Shown: piece after piece, positions 51,772 through 64,000 of the stretch
Layout of the letters: each line of letters opens with the position of its first letter
How positions within the stretch are numbered: position 1 is the first letter of the stretch
NCBI GenBank assembly: GCA_040954595.2
Contig: CM082578.2
Span: 3,392,831 to 3,456,830 of the forward strand
Source of the DNA: Balanoglossus misakiensis
Lineage: Eukaryota; Animalia; Hemichordata
DNA: 64,000 nt
Direction of reading: 5' to 3'
Program-made: the position numbers and the translations under genes
The notes under the pieces: model-generated
Told to the model about the DNA's origin: nothing
Databases searched by the model: none
The model's input: the letters and a program-made list of their open reading frames with translations, nothing else

Positions 51772-54700
51772 CTATACACTGGCTGTGTAAACAGTGGTTC
51801 TCTCAGCTTGTTCCAGTGTTGACTTCAAGTTCTCATCAAATAATTCGCACCTGAGAAATGAACAAAGGGAAAAAAAGTCTTCAGAATGTAGATATAAATC
51901 TGTGGTCAGAATAAAATGACATGCTTCATGGATAACTGTGTGATCACCATTCTGCATATCGACATTTTCTTGTTCATGATCCTTGAGACTATAAATGCAA
52001 ATTGACACCACATGGAGTGGATTCAGTCTGAAAACAGATTCAGCATTGGTATTGATAAGGTCAAAGGTCAAAGGTAGCGTACACTTGATGACAAAAATAT
52101 TGATAATAGAAAATTAACAATTTAAAAAGTGATATTCTCACCTGATTGGCATATCTAATGAATAAAATGGATTTTTTAATGCAAAATCTGAATAAATTTC
52201 ATAGATCTTCTTTAACAGAGTATCCACTCCACCTTGTCTTGGGTCTGTTAATACTATGAATTTAATTCCTGAAAAAAAAATTACACAATTTTTGTTTTAA
52301 TCAAAGGTGTAGATCAACCCTTTAACCACCATGGTTTGGTCCAAATCCATTGTTTTCTATGGGAAGGTTTGACCTCTATAGAGGGATCTGGGGTGAAAGT
52401 GTTAAATCTAACAACAATTTTACACTCAGGTTGAATAAAACAGGGGACTTGCAAAGTTAAACCCTTTCTGAGTTCATCCCCAGTTCCCTCTATAGATATC
52501 CAACATTACCACAGAACACAATGGGTTAGGAGTGAACTATGCCGGCGAAATTATATTTGATACACAGAACCAAACTACTGAAAACATAGTCAATATTTAC
52601 AGCTAATGTCCCTTTAAATTGAATATCAAACAACCAGACCAATAAACAAAGCCCAGAATTCATTTTTGTGCATGAAATATGTTGTGTTGTTGTCACATGA
52701 CCCCTTCACCATCTGCTGTCCATAGTCCATAGAACAGTGCACAAGTCAGTATGTTTAGTTTATTCTGCAGTAAGGTTGTTGAGTTTACTCCTATCACATT
52801 GTGAATTTGCTAGACAATTTTCTCCCCATCTATGTATCTCTTCACTAATCTTTCCAAATAAAAAAGGACTTTTTATACAATAACTACATTACCTGTCTCG
52901 ACTTCACAAACTATTGAATCAGATGGGTTTTTATCCCAACTCTTATCAATCTGTTTCATATCTATGTGATTGTTTGATATTGCAACCATAATCTTGACAT
53001 TGCCATCAGTCACAGTGCAAACTTCCATTAATATAGACTACAAGATAATGTTTGCCATCAGTCACAGTGCAAACATGCATAAATATAGACTACAAGATAA
53101 TGTTTGCCATCAGTCACAGTGCAAACTTCCATAAATATAGACTACAAGATAATGTTTGCCATCAGTCACAGTGCAAACTTCCATTAATATAGACTACAAG
53201 ATAATGTTTGCCATCAGTCACAGTGCAAACTTCCATTAATATAGACTACAAGATAATGTTTGCCATCAGTCACAGTGCAAACTTCCATAAATATAGACTA
53301 CAAGATAATGTTTGCCATCAGTCACAGTGCAAACTTCCATAAATATAGACTACAAGATAATGTTTGCCATCAGTCACAGTGCAAACTTCCATAAATATAG
53401 ACTACAAGATAATGTTTGCCATCAGTCACAGTGCAAACTTCCATAAATATAGACTACAAGATAATGTTTGCCATCAGTCACAGTGCAAACTTCCATAAAT
53501 ATAGACTACAAGATAATGTTTGCCATCAGTCACAGTGCAAACTTCCATAAATATAGACTACAAGATAATGTTTGCCATCAGTCACAGTGCAAACTTCCAT
53601 TAATATAGACTACAAGATAATGTTTGCCATCAGTCACAGTGCAAACATGCATAAATATAGACTACAAGATAATGTTTGCCATCAGTCACAGTGCAAACAT
53701 GCATAAATATAGACTACAAGATAATTTTCTTAGGCAAAAGTTTTTCAAGGTCTTTTCCTGAGTTTGAAAACATTAGATTGACTGATGCAAGGTTTTAGTT
53801 AGCTGACAGTAATTTCTTTCAAGAATGCTTCTTGCTTCAAGGGTTGTGTCAACAGCAACCACAACAGGAGAAGCTGTATTTGTTTACAAACTGAATTTGT
53901 AATTCTTGTTGTGACAGGAAGTGTTTGCAAGATGGGATTGCTGGTGAGTATTGACAGAAACCAGTACATTGGAGGCAGTGCATTTGAGAGGAAGCTGTTG
54001 GCAAGAAGCTTTAACCCTTTCACCCCCAGTTCCCTATTTAGAGGTCCAACCTTACCATAGAAAACAATGGGTTTGGACCGAACCATGACGGTGAAAGGGT
54101 TAAAAAAAACTGACTGGATTATATTTTCTGGTGTTGGGGGAGCGTATATATGGTTCAGAAATCAGTAGACAAGTATCATTTCTGGCCAGGTTTCATGTTG
54201 TTGTTGGTAAGGATTTACATTATGTGTTGGAAATTCTATAAATATTCATCTGACAGGGGTTGTTGGTGATTTTTTACAAAAAGTTGGTTTTAGTAACCAG
54301 GCACTTTACATGTAACTCTGGCTGTAGAAATACAATCTGCAGACTTCTACCATTGTTGTCTGTTAGTGTGAGTTCAAATATGAGACTTTTGAGTTGCTGT
54401 GAACCCATGCGCAAAATCAAGGATTTCAAACGTTCGCCACAAGGGGTGCTGTTATTTTGACCGACCGTGTGGTGTGTTTTCTTCTACACACATGCAACCA
54501 ACAGTCAATAACATAGACTTTGTATGCATACCCTCAATAGTCTATACTTCAATTTGTTCTGTTGTCACCATAAGCTTTCTATTATGCCAACAATCTGATA
54601 AACTTGGAAAAAAAAAATTTTTCCTAATTCATTCAGCCAGAAAAGGTGGAAATCACCATTGGCCGTCTACCCATGGAGGCAAAGAAGAATGAGAAAAGAG

Positions 54701-56271
54701 TAAAGGCCATGCTAGAACTTGAACCTGCAATCCTTGTTGACCTACCTGTTAATGTCTGGTAACAATGGAGTTTAAATGTGTCAGTTTCCAACATTTCAAT
54801 TCCTGATGATCTGGATTCTGGTGACAACTGAGAACTTATCACATACAAGCTGAAAAAGAAAAGAAAAGAATCTCAAATTGCAGGTAACAAGTGAAATCTA
54901 GACGAGTAGATTGTTAGACAAGTGCATACCTTGACCATGGAGAAGACACTTAGTTGCCTCACCTGGTAAATTTTGTCAAGACAAGCTGGTCATAAACGGT
55001 GGAGACAGAAAAATCCAGCTATTCAACTCAGTCCAAATACAAATACACACATCATGGCAAAGAAACAAAAGCTATCCAACTCAGTAAAACAGTATGTACA
55101 TTGGTATATATACGACTTGTGACTGTAGCAGGTACCATAACCGGTAGGGTTAAAGTTAAAGTTAATTTCGGACAAGTTGTTCAACACATTTTTAAATGTT
55201 CTAATTGATACTGTGGTTGTACTTACGAGTGGAACATACTAGCTAGCATAATTCTTTCATTTGATGACAATTTGGGTCTTCCAAATTTGATAGAAATTGG
55301 ATAATTATCTGGATTGGCAATGATGTCTATAATATCTCGTCCATCTTCTAACATTCTCCCACTAACTGGATCTCCATTGATGGCAAGAAGAGTATGACCC
55401 ACTGAAAAGACATCAAAATTGTGATGTTACTTATGTTAGAAATCAACTGTGGTCTACCCTATATTGATTTTCTTGAATTTGAAAATGAAATGGGAAAAGT
55501 TTGGGTTTTCAATTGCATGAAGAAAAGCTATGGTCTTCAAGTGATTTCTAGTTTGTGTTCATTGGCACGCTGCGCTGTCGTTCTCCCATAATTCACACTG
55601 ACAGACTAGACAAGATCAAGGGAGCCCATAGCCACAGCACAGTAGCCCGAGGTCTAACAGACAAATCTCCAGGAAAAACCAAGGGCTAATGAACTGCTAG
55701 GGAGACCATTGTTGCTGTTTTGCAGCCCCTCCGTCTCCCCTGGACGATTTTTGTTTTTGCGGGAAGAGGGCGGCCAAAACAAAAATCGTCCAGGGGAGTC
55801 GCAGGGGCTGCAAAACTGCAGCAAGGGAGACCAGTGAATATCATGGTGTTTCTTGCTTGCTAAAACACGGGTGGGCGTGGCGTGTACACCGTAGTGTGTA
55901 CATGTCAGGGAGCCGTCGCTAGTACTTGTGAACTTGGACATGATGTACAACTACATGGATATGTATAATAATGCTATGCCACCGTGCCACCATTTGTCAT
56001 TGCATTTACGCAATGGTAACCGTAATCAAGCCCGTTATTAGTGTATCATGATCGTCATCGGAGTAAACCACAAAATATGATCGAAGGTGTCACTACCTTT
56101 TATTCCGTCTCTCTGACCAAACGATACAACAACTCTTTCATCCACTATCTTCAGTACAAGTTCTAATGGATAACTGAAGGTTTTCTCAATCTCGGTTTTC
56201 GCAGATGTATGATCCAGCTGGTAAATCAACCCACCGGCTCTGTTTACAACGTACACAGCATATATCGCCAT
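51772..56271 (-). CDS. TRAPPC4: Trafficking protein particle complex subunit 4 (synbindin/Trs23), 219 aa
   Basis: Exons 56271-56097, 55401-55227, 54849-54746, 52268-52142 and 51850-51772 (175+175+104+127+79=660 nt). Reads [18 protein letters not shown]...[12 protein letters not shown]...[19 protein letters not shown]...[27 protein letters not shown]. Confidence 0.98.
53000..53725. repeat. 52-bp minisatellite, ~14 copies, TRAPPC4 intron 3
   Basis: GCCATCAGTCACAGTGCAAACTTCCATAAATATAGACTACAAGATAATGTTT starts at 53002 and recurs every 52 bp to 53678. Confidence 0.97.
54015..54099. mobile_element. piggyBac-type 85-bp MITE
   Basis: TTAA|CCCTTTCACC...GGTGAAAGGG|TTAA. Degenerate relatives lie near 52318-52402, 52461-52550 and 49778-49858. 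Confidence 0.85.
55709..55823. mobile_element. Palindromic insertion in TRAPPC4 intron 1
   Basis: About 45-bp stem (TTTTGCAGCCCCT..CTCCCCTGGACGATTTTTGTTTT and its inverse), flanked by the direct repeat AGGGAGACCA at 55699 and 55824. Confidence 0.7.
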
Positions 56272-56746
56272 TTTGAACTCAGTTGTTTAATATTAGCTTT
56301 CGAAAAGAATTCGAGTTTCGGATTCAGAATTGCCACGTGTCCACGACCAACTATTTTAGATTTCGAATCGAAAACATAAATTTATGCAGTAGATTAGATT
56401 ATATTATTATTCATATGTACGTAAAAGTCTCAAAACGCTGTCATTTCTGTTCGTCAGAATTCATCGGATATCGAATTCCAGTTGGCGGAAGTCACGATTC
56501 TGAGGCTGAATCGTGCTAGAGCAGAATTGATTTTCAGGTCAGTTGAGGTCACGACATTTGGATAGACCGGAGTGTGTTTGAACGCCGTTTACAAAGTAGA
56601 CTGGGCGTTTTAGTCTTGATTTCGCCTGCGAATAATTTTTCTTCGCCTTGAATTGGAGGATTCAGGGTAGTTGATAAACTGGGGTACCTCTATTTCTAGT
56701 TTATAGACTTCCGTATACTCCAACCTGCAGTATCAGGGCGATCGTG
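56272..56746. promoter_or_regulatory. Bidirectional promoter region between TRAPPC4 and VPS26C
   Basis: Divergent ATGs are 475 bp apart. CpG-rich, with ETS-like GGCGGAAGT at about 56484, E-box CACGTG at about 56334, and a YY1-like AAAATGGCG over the TRAPPC4 start. Confidence 0.65.
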
Positions 56747-59700
56747 ATGGCGACGGTATTGGATATCCGGTTGAAGAAAGCTAACAAAATTTATCATGAA
56801 GGGGTAAGTATACATTTTCAATTTGGGTGTTCAGGATGATGTCCAACTAGAAGTGACTGTCACAAATGGACGTCGTGCCACCCAGGTCCCCTTTGTATCT
56901 CCAATGAGTGGCGGTAATAATTTAGTACTTGCGCCATTGGGTACCGCCCACAATGGCACAAGGCGAGTGTTTTGTGTACAGGCGTCGGAACCACACTGAC
57001 TCACCACACTGCCGGGTAGCCTGATTCAACCTGTGAATAATATTATGTGTGATTCCGACGCCTGTTGTTTTTGTGTGTGTTCGTGGACGAAGGTTTTACC
57101 ATAGAGAACAGAGCAACCCGTATCATCTGGGTGTAGGTTGATATTGTTCCTAAGTAAAATTTCATCCTATTCATTTGTGCAGAGTTGCTTGTGCTTTCAT
57201 GCATTTTCATAGCTGTGGTACGCAGCTGTACCGTTGGGGGGGAGGGGGGGGGGGGCTGATTTCCCCACGGACAGCCTCCTCCCCCCCCCCAACGGTACAG
57301 CTGCGTACCACAACTAGCATTTTCATAGTTTATATGGAATTTGTTGTATAGTGTTCTTTTAGTTACTATTATTGATGATTGCTCAATACCCTGTGTTTTA
57401 TAAACCTTGGCCATGATGGACACTGGTTATTACACCGATGTCCCTCAGTATAGGTACTTGTGTAAATTACATATGTCTATGGCAGTAATGTTAGGAACTG
57501 GAAAATGCATATTTCCACTCATGGAGCACTCACAGTGGTAGCTCTATGGTCCACTGTACTGGGACATCATGGGAGATGTGTAATTGTCCTCGTCAAACAG
57601 ATAGCTAAATTGAAGAATTATAATAATTGGTCGTGGACAATTTAAATCAGCAATTATATTATATCATGCTACCGTCCGCGATTCTGATTGGACGAGAGCT
57701 ATGGTAAAATACTGTTTTACCACTGCTGGCAGTGGTAAAACGGGCCCCTGAACTAGCATGCAGCAGGGAAAATGTGCGGTTATACCACAGTCGCGCGGGA
57801 TTAAACCAAATGAATAACATAAAAACACTTGAATTTATGGATGTTTTATTTTGGAACTGCTCTGCTCTGAATATTTTGCACTCTTGTAACTTTTTGGCGT
57901 CTGCTTTATGTTTAATGCTCGATCCCGGGCCGCACGTGTTTACATTCATCGTCGCCATGTTGGTTCACGATCGTAATTTCTCTTTCTGACGCCGTTTCGG
58001 CAAGAAAATGACACTGATATGCCTCAAAAACAACTGTTGATATAATATAATAGCAATAACCCCTGCCTCAGTCGGGTATACACTCGATTTTGGTACAATT
58101 CGCTCCATATAGCACTCGCCTAACGGCTCGTGCTATATGTCTCGAAATGTACCAAAATCTCGTGTATACCCGCCTGCGGCGGGGGTTATTGCTTAAATAT
58201 ATCCTACTTCCTTTGATGCAAAGCTTAGAAGAAGTGGTAGTATAAAACTATGATGAGGAATTATACAAAAATGTACTTTGAACTTTCAGTTTCATGTACA
58301 CACTGTACATATGTGTAACTGCATAATCCTTCTACAAAATATATTTGTGCAACCCACCCTCAATTACATTTTTTTAAACCCAGTAAATAACTGACCATAT
58401 GAAATTTTAATAAATTCATATATTGGCCATCTATCTGTGCAATGCATATTCTGATTCATGAAAATGTTGCACCAAAACATAATGTGAATTTACACATGAT
58501 TCTGGAAATGAACTGAGATAACTCTCTCCTTAGACTAGTCCACTAGTTGCTTGGTGATTTTTTTGTCTTTATAAAGATTCTTATTAACTAATTGATTGTT
58601 TGACTTCTTCTAATTTTTTACTCATTACTTTTCATGTGTTTGTTTGCTTGCTTTGAATGAGTTTTGGTAGTTAGCTGAGTTTCGAATTCAGCGCTGAGGT
58701 GATTGTTTCGCTTACACTGCCCACCAAGCGACTGGTGTACCTTGCAAATTTTACAAATTGTCAGACCGTTTGCTGAAATAGTCAAGAATGATTGAAAAGG
58801 ACCTAGATCTTGTCAATGTTAAAAAAGGACAACATTAACCCAGTCATTTAAAACTGGTTTGATTTCCAGGGTGCCTAGAATCCTGGCTCCCAGGCCTGTT
58901 AGACTGCCAAGTGCGTGTTAATCAGTAGGGCCTATACAAGACCCTCAGCCCAATACAGTGCAAACTAGTGCGATTTGGTACATTTAACAGTACGTATCAT
59001 TATGAGAGCCATGTCAAGACAGTCAAAATATGTTTTAGAAGAAAAAGAGGCAAATACGTATTTTAACCTTGCTACTGGGTGTCATACCTGTTTAGAGTGT
59101 CAAGTCCCTTAATTTAAATGGTTTGCACTGGTTTGGTTTGAGGGTCTTGTATAGGCCAAGGTGGTGAGTGTCATGCGCAAAGCACCATGGGAGTTCCAAC
59201 ATGAGTAAGCGTTCATTTGACTTCTGGCTGGCCTCGAGTACACACGTTAGCAGTGTCTGGACGATCACTTTCTTTGAACCTTTTACGTAGGATATTTTCG
59301 ATTTTTGTGACACCGGACATTTAGTTGTGCACAGATTAGTACCAAGTTCGTTCTCTGTGATATTTTCGGCTCGCTTGACGTTTTTAACCGTCTATTCGGA
59401 TCGATGTACTGGCCGCGGGGCTATGCGCATACACCGACGGGGCGCGCGTAGCTGCATGATGGCCGCCGAGCGTGAAAAGCTTTACCGTAGGCCAACATAC
59501 CGTTGTAGCTTTTCGATTCGTTCTATTACAGCTTAGTTTTCTTCTCAAATATGTACAGTATTTTTTTTAAATCCCACACCAAACCGCAAATAAACGAAAA
59601 CCTGGAGACTTTTTTATTTTACGCACAATGAGTACAAGAAACCTACATGCATGTTTGTAAATATGTGGTTAGTTACACAAGTCAAACGGCGCGCGTCCTT

Positions 59701-62466
59701 AACTACCACATAAAAAATCGTATGTAACTGCTTGAAAGAAAATTTTACTGCCACTGGAATGGTACCGAAGTGAGCATAATGTCGTTGGTCTTTTTCAGGA
59801 ATGTGTTGACTGTAATAGGGTTATTCTAAAATTTAGTATTTCAGTAAGTTGCGATCACCACGGCCTTCATATACGAAAAGGGGTGTGTTAGGCGACTATG
59901 AGATAGTACAGTTTCTAAAAACGGTGAAATCGATAAAATTAAAGTGGCGCTTTTGGGCTCCCATGCAATTTCACACACATTAGGATGCATTCACAAACAC
60001 CTCAGCTCTGGAGGGGGGGGGGGGGGCGGGAGAATTCAATTTTTTTTACCGCTAATTTTCACATGCCCCCCTTCCGAACTGCCAATATTTTGAAATCCCC
60101 CCCTTCCGAACTGCCAAAATTTTGAAATCCCCCCCTCCCATTTTCTTTCACAGAGCAAAACACATCACCTATCTATCTTGTAAAAAGAAAAACAGCGCTC
60201 CCATGAAAAGAATTTGAAACAGATGTTTCCCCTCATCAGTGGGTATTAAAACTGAACATTGTTTTTATTTTTAAAGTACATATATTTTTATTCTGTGTTG
60301 GGAGACATTGTAAACCGAGAATTGAAGGGGGTGGGTTTGGGAGGGGGTGTCCCCCTCCCACGTAAGAAAATTTTCTAAAATACAGAGCTCAAAGCTGCAT
60401 TTTAATGAACCCGGCAAAAGCAAATTAACTCAACTACCGGTATGTTGGGGAGGACAAATTTAACCGTCACCGCTCAAAGTTATCATGGGGTGGGGGCAAG
60501 TCCCCTGACCTGGGACACTAGATAAACCAGTCAATGATTGAAAGGTGTTGATGAATGGAGGGGGTGGGAAATTTTGTAAAATAAAGGGCGCGAAACTGCA
60601 TTTTTGTGGACTCAAAATAAATATTTAGTCGTTAAATTTTCAAGTCCCCCCCTTTCAGTCCCTAAATTATTTCAAATCCCCCCCTTACATACCCTCATTT
60701 TTTTCAAATCCCCCCCTCAATTCTCCTGCCCCCCCCCCCTCCAGAGGTGTTTGTGAATGCAGCCTTACATATTAGTCTTTCAAAATATACACATAACAAA
60801 GCTGTGCGCTCACTGTTTAGTCTACCTGCTAACTTCAAACTACGTTGCCCGAGTACGATTGTTGGCAACAGTACGCCATGATGCCAGCTGACATACAGAG
60901 TGAAAAAACACCAAAAAACGCGACTTGGAACAAAATCGATAGTACTTTCCTCACCGAACGATGCTCACATACATGAACTCATAAAAATTGGATTGGTTTT
61001 TCGTTCGAACGGAGTTTCCTTTACATAACCTACGAGAACATAAGTCGATTGCGCACAGAAAGCCACATGCGTGACACTGCTGGGTCGACCATGTTTTGCT
61101 GACTAAGAGCGGATTAAACCGGAAGTGACGTCGTGACCCACACCACCTTGTATAGGCCCTACTGAATAACACACACTTGGCAGCCTAACAGGCTTGGGAG
61201 CCAGGATTCTAGGCACCCTGGAAATCAAACCAGTTTCAACCGACTAATTGGCAACGGTAGGGTAAAGGTACATGAGCTGCAACTGGATAAAAAAATAAAG
61301 ATATAAATAATCTCATATTTGCTTTTAATTATGTCTATTTAATGATATTTCATGATAATATATCAAGCTCAACACATTGAACACATTAACTTATTTATGA
61401 CAAAATGGCCAAAAATAAAAGAAAAAACGAAAATTCCTGCAATTTTTAAAAAAGTGCAATATTGCAATGAAAAAGGAAAATATAATGTCTCAGCGGTGTA
61501 CATTTACTTCCATGAGCTCATGTGGGTGAGATCATGTCTTGTTTATGAAGTTTCATAACCGGAAATGCAACATTTTTTATTGTTTCTTGCATTTTCCCAC
61601 GCTGGCGGCCATATTTGCTTGCGGCAAAGCTTTATTATTTATCTGGTTAAAACTTGCATATCATATTTAGGGTTTATAATGCTTGTGTATAGTTCACTGC
61701 CTTCATGTGCATGGACTAATGGTAGTGCAGTTTGAAACAAAAATTACGATAATTATCCCAAGAGTTGCAGCTTATGTGCCTTTAAGAGACCACCAGCTAT
61801 TACAGAAATAATTCCAAATGGTAGGTCAGTTGAAGTGAGTGAGTGAGTCTGTCCGTCTGACTCAAAGAAGTTGCTTGTCATATATGTGTTTGTACAGACA
61901 ATTTATGGTCAGTCTGTGTGTCCGACCCACAGCTGACTGAAAGAAGTTGCTTGTCATATATTGTACAGACAATTTATGGTCAGTCTGTGTGTCCGACCCA
62001 CAGCTGACTGAAAGAAGTTGCTTGTCATATATTGTACAGACAATTTATGGTCAGTCTGTTTATCTGTCTGTCTGTCCCACAGCTGACTGAAAGAAGTTGC
62101 TTGTCATATATTGTACAGACAATTTCTGGTCAGTCTGTCTATCTGTCTGTCTGTCCCACAGCTTACTGAATGAAGTTGCTTGTCATATAATTATGTGTTT
62201 GTATGTACAGACAATTTATGGTCAGTCTGTCTGTCTCTCCCACAGCTTACTGAAAGAAGTTGCTTGTCATATATTGTACAGACAATTTATGGTCAGTCTG
62301 TCTATCTGTCTGTCTGTCCCACAGCTGACTGAAAGAAGTTGCTTGTCATATATTGTACAGACAATTTCTGGTCAGTCTGTCTATCTGTCTGTCTGTCCCA
62401 CAGCTTACTGAAAGAAGTTGCTTGTCATATAATTATGTGTTTGTATGTACAGACAATTTATGGTCA

Positions 62467-62497
<31 letters not shown>

Positions 62498-63292
62498 CCA
62501 CAGCTGACTGAAAGAAGTTGCTTGTCATATATTGTACAGACAATTTCTGGTCAGTCTGTCTATCTGTCTGTCTGTCCCACAGGCTCAGCTGACTGAATGA
62601 AGTTCCTTGTCATATAATTATGTGTTTGTATGTACAGACAATTTATGGTCAGTCAGTCTGTCTGTCTGTCTGTCCCACAGCTGACTGAAAGAAGTTGCTT
62701 GTCATATATGTGTTTGTACAGACAATTTATGGTAAGTCTGTCTGTCTGTCTGTCTGTCTGTCCCACAGCTTACTGAAAGAAGTTGCTTGTCATATATGTG
62801 TTTGTACAGACAATTTATGGTCAGTCTGTCTATCTGTCTGTCTATCTGTCCCACAGCTTACTGAAAGAAGTTGCTTGTCATATGTGTTTGTCATGGTCAA
62901 AAACTAATTTTCCTAGCATCACTTCTTGTAAGACTGCCATGACACATGACAGTCTATTGGGCATGTTCCTTGTTAATTTGTTTTTATGGTTGGGTCATAT
63001 CTGCTTGCCACTGTCACATGTGATTTTTACTCTGGTGAATACATATTTCCGTGTAATCCTCAATTGGGACCATGGTGTCCATGACGCTATGTTCTTGTTA
63101 TACCTATTTGGTTTGACAGTATGTCACAACTTCTTGATATTTTGACAGGAACTCGTACAAGGAGTACTGCTGATTCACAGTAAAAATGATTTTACGCATC
63201 AAGGGATAACACTTACTATGGAAGGCAGTGTCAATCTTCAACTTAGTGCTAAAAGTGTTGGATTGTTTGAAGCATTCTACAATTCCATAAAG
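56747..63292 (+). CDS. VPS26C: Vacuolar protein sorting-associated protein 26C (DSCR3), exons 1-2; continues beyond the window
   Basis: Exon 56747-56803 reads MATVLDIRLKKANKIYHEG|gtaagt. Exon 63149-63292 reads ELVQGVLLIHSKNDFTHQGITLTMEGSVNLQLSAKSVGLFEAFYNSIK|gtgaga. This matches the recalled VPS26C N-terminus. Confidence 0.95.
57210..57316. mobile_element. 107-bp AcademH-like MITE
   Basis: TAG...CTA termini, ~35-bp TIR, and a perfect 9-bp TSD GCATTTTCA at 57201-57209 and 57317-57325. Confidence 0.85.
57655..58199 (+). mobile_element. Hairpin-terminated (Crypton-like) non-autonomous element
   Basis: About 65-bp-arm terminal palindrome at 58052-58193 centred on CTCGCCTAACGGCTCG; the 5' part has TTCTGATTGG. 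The left boundary is approximate. Confidence 0.6.
58842..61246. mobile_element. Non-autonomous DNA transposon with ~90-bp TIRs carrying nested MITEs
   Basis: AAACTGGTTTGATTTCCAGGGTGCCTAGAATCCTGGCTCCCA...CCTATACAAG (58851-58940) is inverted at 61147-61236. It contains an inner inverted repeat at 58929-59157 and the Harbinger MITE at 59983-60764. Confidence 0.85.
59983..60764. mobile_element. PIF/Harbinger-type MITE (same family as 736-1398)
   Basis: TTA TSD, same TIR, collinear internal homology. Confidence 0.9.
61266..61781. mobile_element. Kolobok-type MITE
   Basis: AGGTACATGAGCTGCAACT...AGTTGCAGCTTATGTGCCT, flanked by GTAA/TTAA. Confidence 0.7.
61786..63090 (+). repeat. 3' part of the HINE-like family with an internal 60-85-bp tandem array (~14 units, variable (TCTG)n)
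   Basis: Unit CAGCTGACTGAAAGAAGTTGCTTGTCATAT..TGTACAGACAATTTATGGTCAG(TCTG)n spans 61855-62890. Both flanks are homologous to 17658-17981. Confidence 0.85.
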
Positions 63293-63339
63293 GTGAGATT
63301 GTCATGTAATATTGTCAAGTACATAAACATTATAATATA

Positions 63340-63481
63340 CCTCATGCTAATACTGTGTCATGATTTACCAGAATCATGTGCTACGGCCTCGAGAAATAGC
63401 ATATGATTCTGGTAACTCACAGCCCCTCGGGGGTAATAAACGGCTGCTATGGCCCCCATGGCCTAGCAATAGGTGTTCAAT
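63340..63481. mobile_element. Fragment of the fold-back element family at 6890-7631
   Basis: GAAATAGCATATGATTCTGGTAACTCACAGCCCCTCGG...GCAATAGGTGTTCAAT matches 7543-7632. Confidence 0.8.
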
Positions 63482-64000
63482 ATACATAGTTGTAGCAATT
63501 TGTCTGTCATCAGATCAGTGTGGCCTCTAAGCCCATATGACGCCACTGACTCAACAAACTCACTGATGACTCAGGAAAATTATCCACAATACAACAAAAG
63601 GTATACGGCCGACACAGAGAAATTTGTAGAAATCCTCAAATTGACTTGAAGCTTATAAAAATTATGTTCGTTAGAGGGCACACTGTATACTTGAGTAATT
63701 GTGTTGAAGCATCTACTGCCAGGCTTGTCAATAGATAATATGGCTGTTTGTATTTGCACTATGCTGAATCATAAAGGGCTTTCTCACGTGAAATGATTAG
63801 GGCGCCCTTTTCGGGATTATAAAAGTTGGCAAACATTTCTTATCAGCGACTCAAATAGTTTTGCATTCACATGTGTATAAAAGGGACGGGATCACCGCAC
63901 TCAATGCGTCCACAGCAGAGTGGCTAAAGGTCACAATGGCGGATTCAGTGATGTGTTTACTGTATATGTAGCTCTGGACTTATACCCAAACAGCGTATAC

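Noticed and set aside
62097-63145. Cys/Val/Leu-rich ORFs
   Set aside because: They are translations of the (TCTG)n-containing tandem array.
1-64000. tRNA, rRNA or snRNA genes
   Set aside because: No recognisable cloverleaf, A/B-box pair or rRNA motif was seen by eye. tRNAscan-SE or Infernal would be needed to exclude them fully.

Overview
This is AT-rich, intron-containing eukaryotic genomic DNA, probably from a marine invertebrate (deuterostome-like, an inference). It is not prokaryotic, so the long ORFs in the supplied track are mostly repeat artefacts. The centre of the window is a head-to-tail array of a 4-exon, 272-aa class I SAM-dependent methyltransferase on the minus strand, similar to juvenile-hormone-acid O-methyltransferase (JHAMT). 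There are three intact copies (A 13392-18533, B 19031-27676, C 28175-49344) and an orphan exon 1 (D 11022-11208). Copies B and C share a 5'-truncated L1/Tx1 LINE with an apparent 3' transduction in intron 2. They also share an 84-bp satellite inside a TAYGG...CCRTA-bounded element in intron 3, with about 17 units in B and about 166 units (14 kb) showing nascent higher-order repeats in C. On the right is a complete TRAPPC4 (minus strand, 5 exons, 219 aa), head-to-head with the first two exons of VPS26C/DSCR3. On the left are a DNA-transposon accessory ORF exon, a transposon-disrupted C-type-lectin/mucin/transmembrane receptor pseudogene and TMEM192 pseudo-exons. Many MITEs and Helentron-like elements are scattered throughout. 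Exon boundaries were read by eye, and family names come from recalled motifs rather than database searches.
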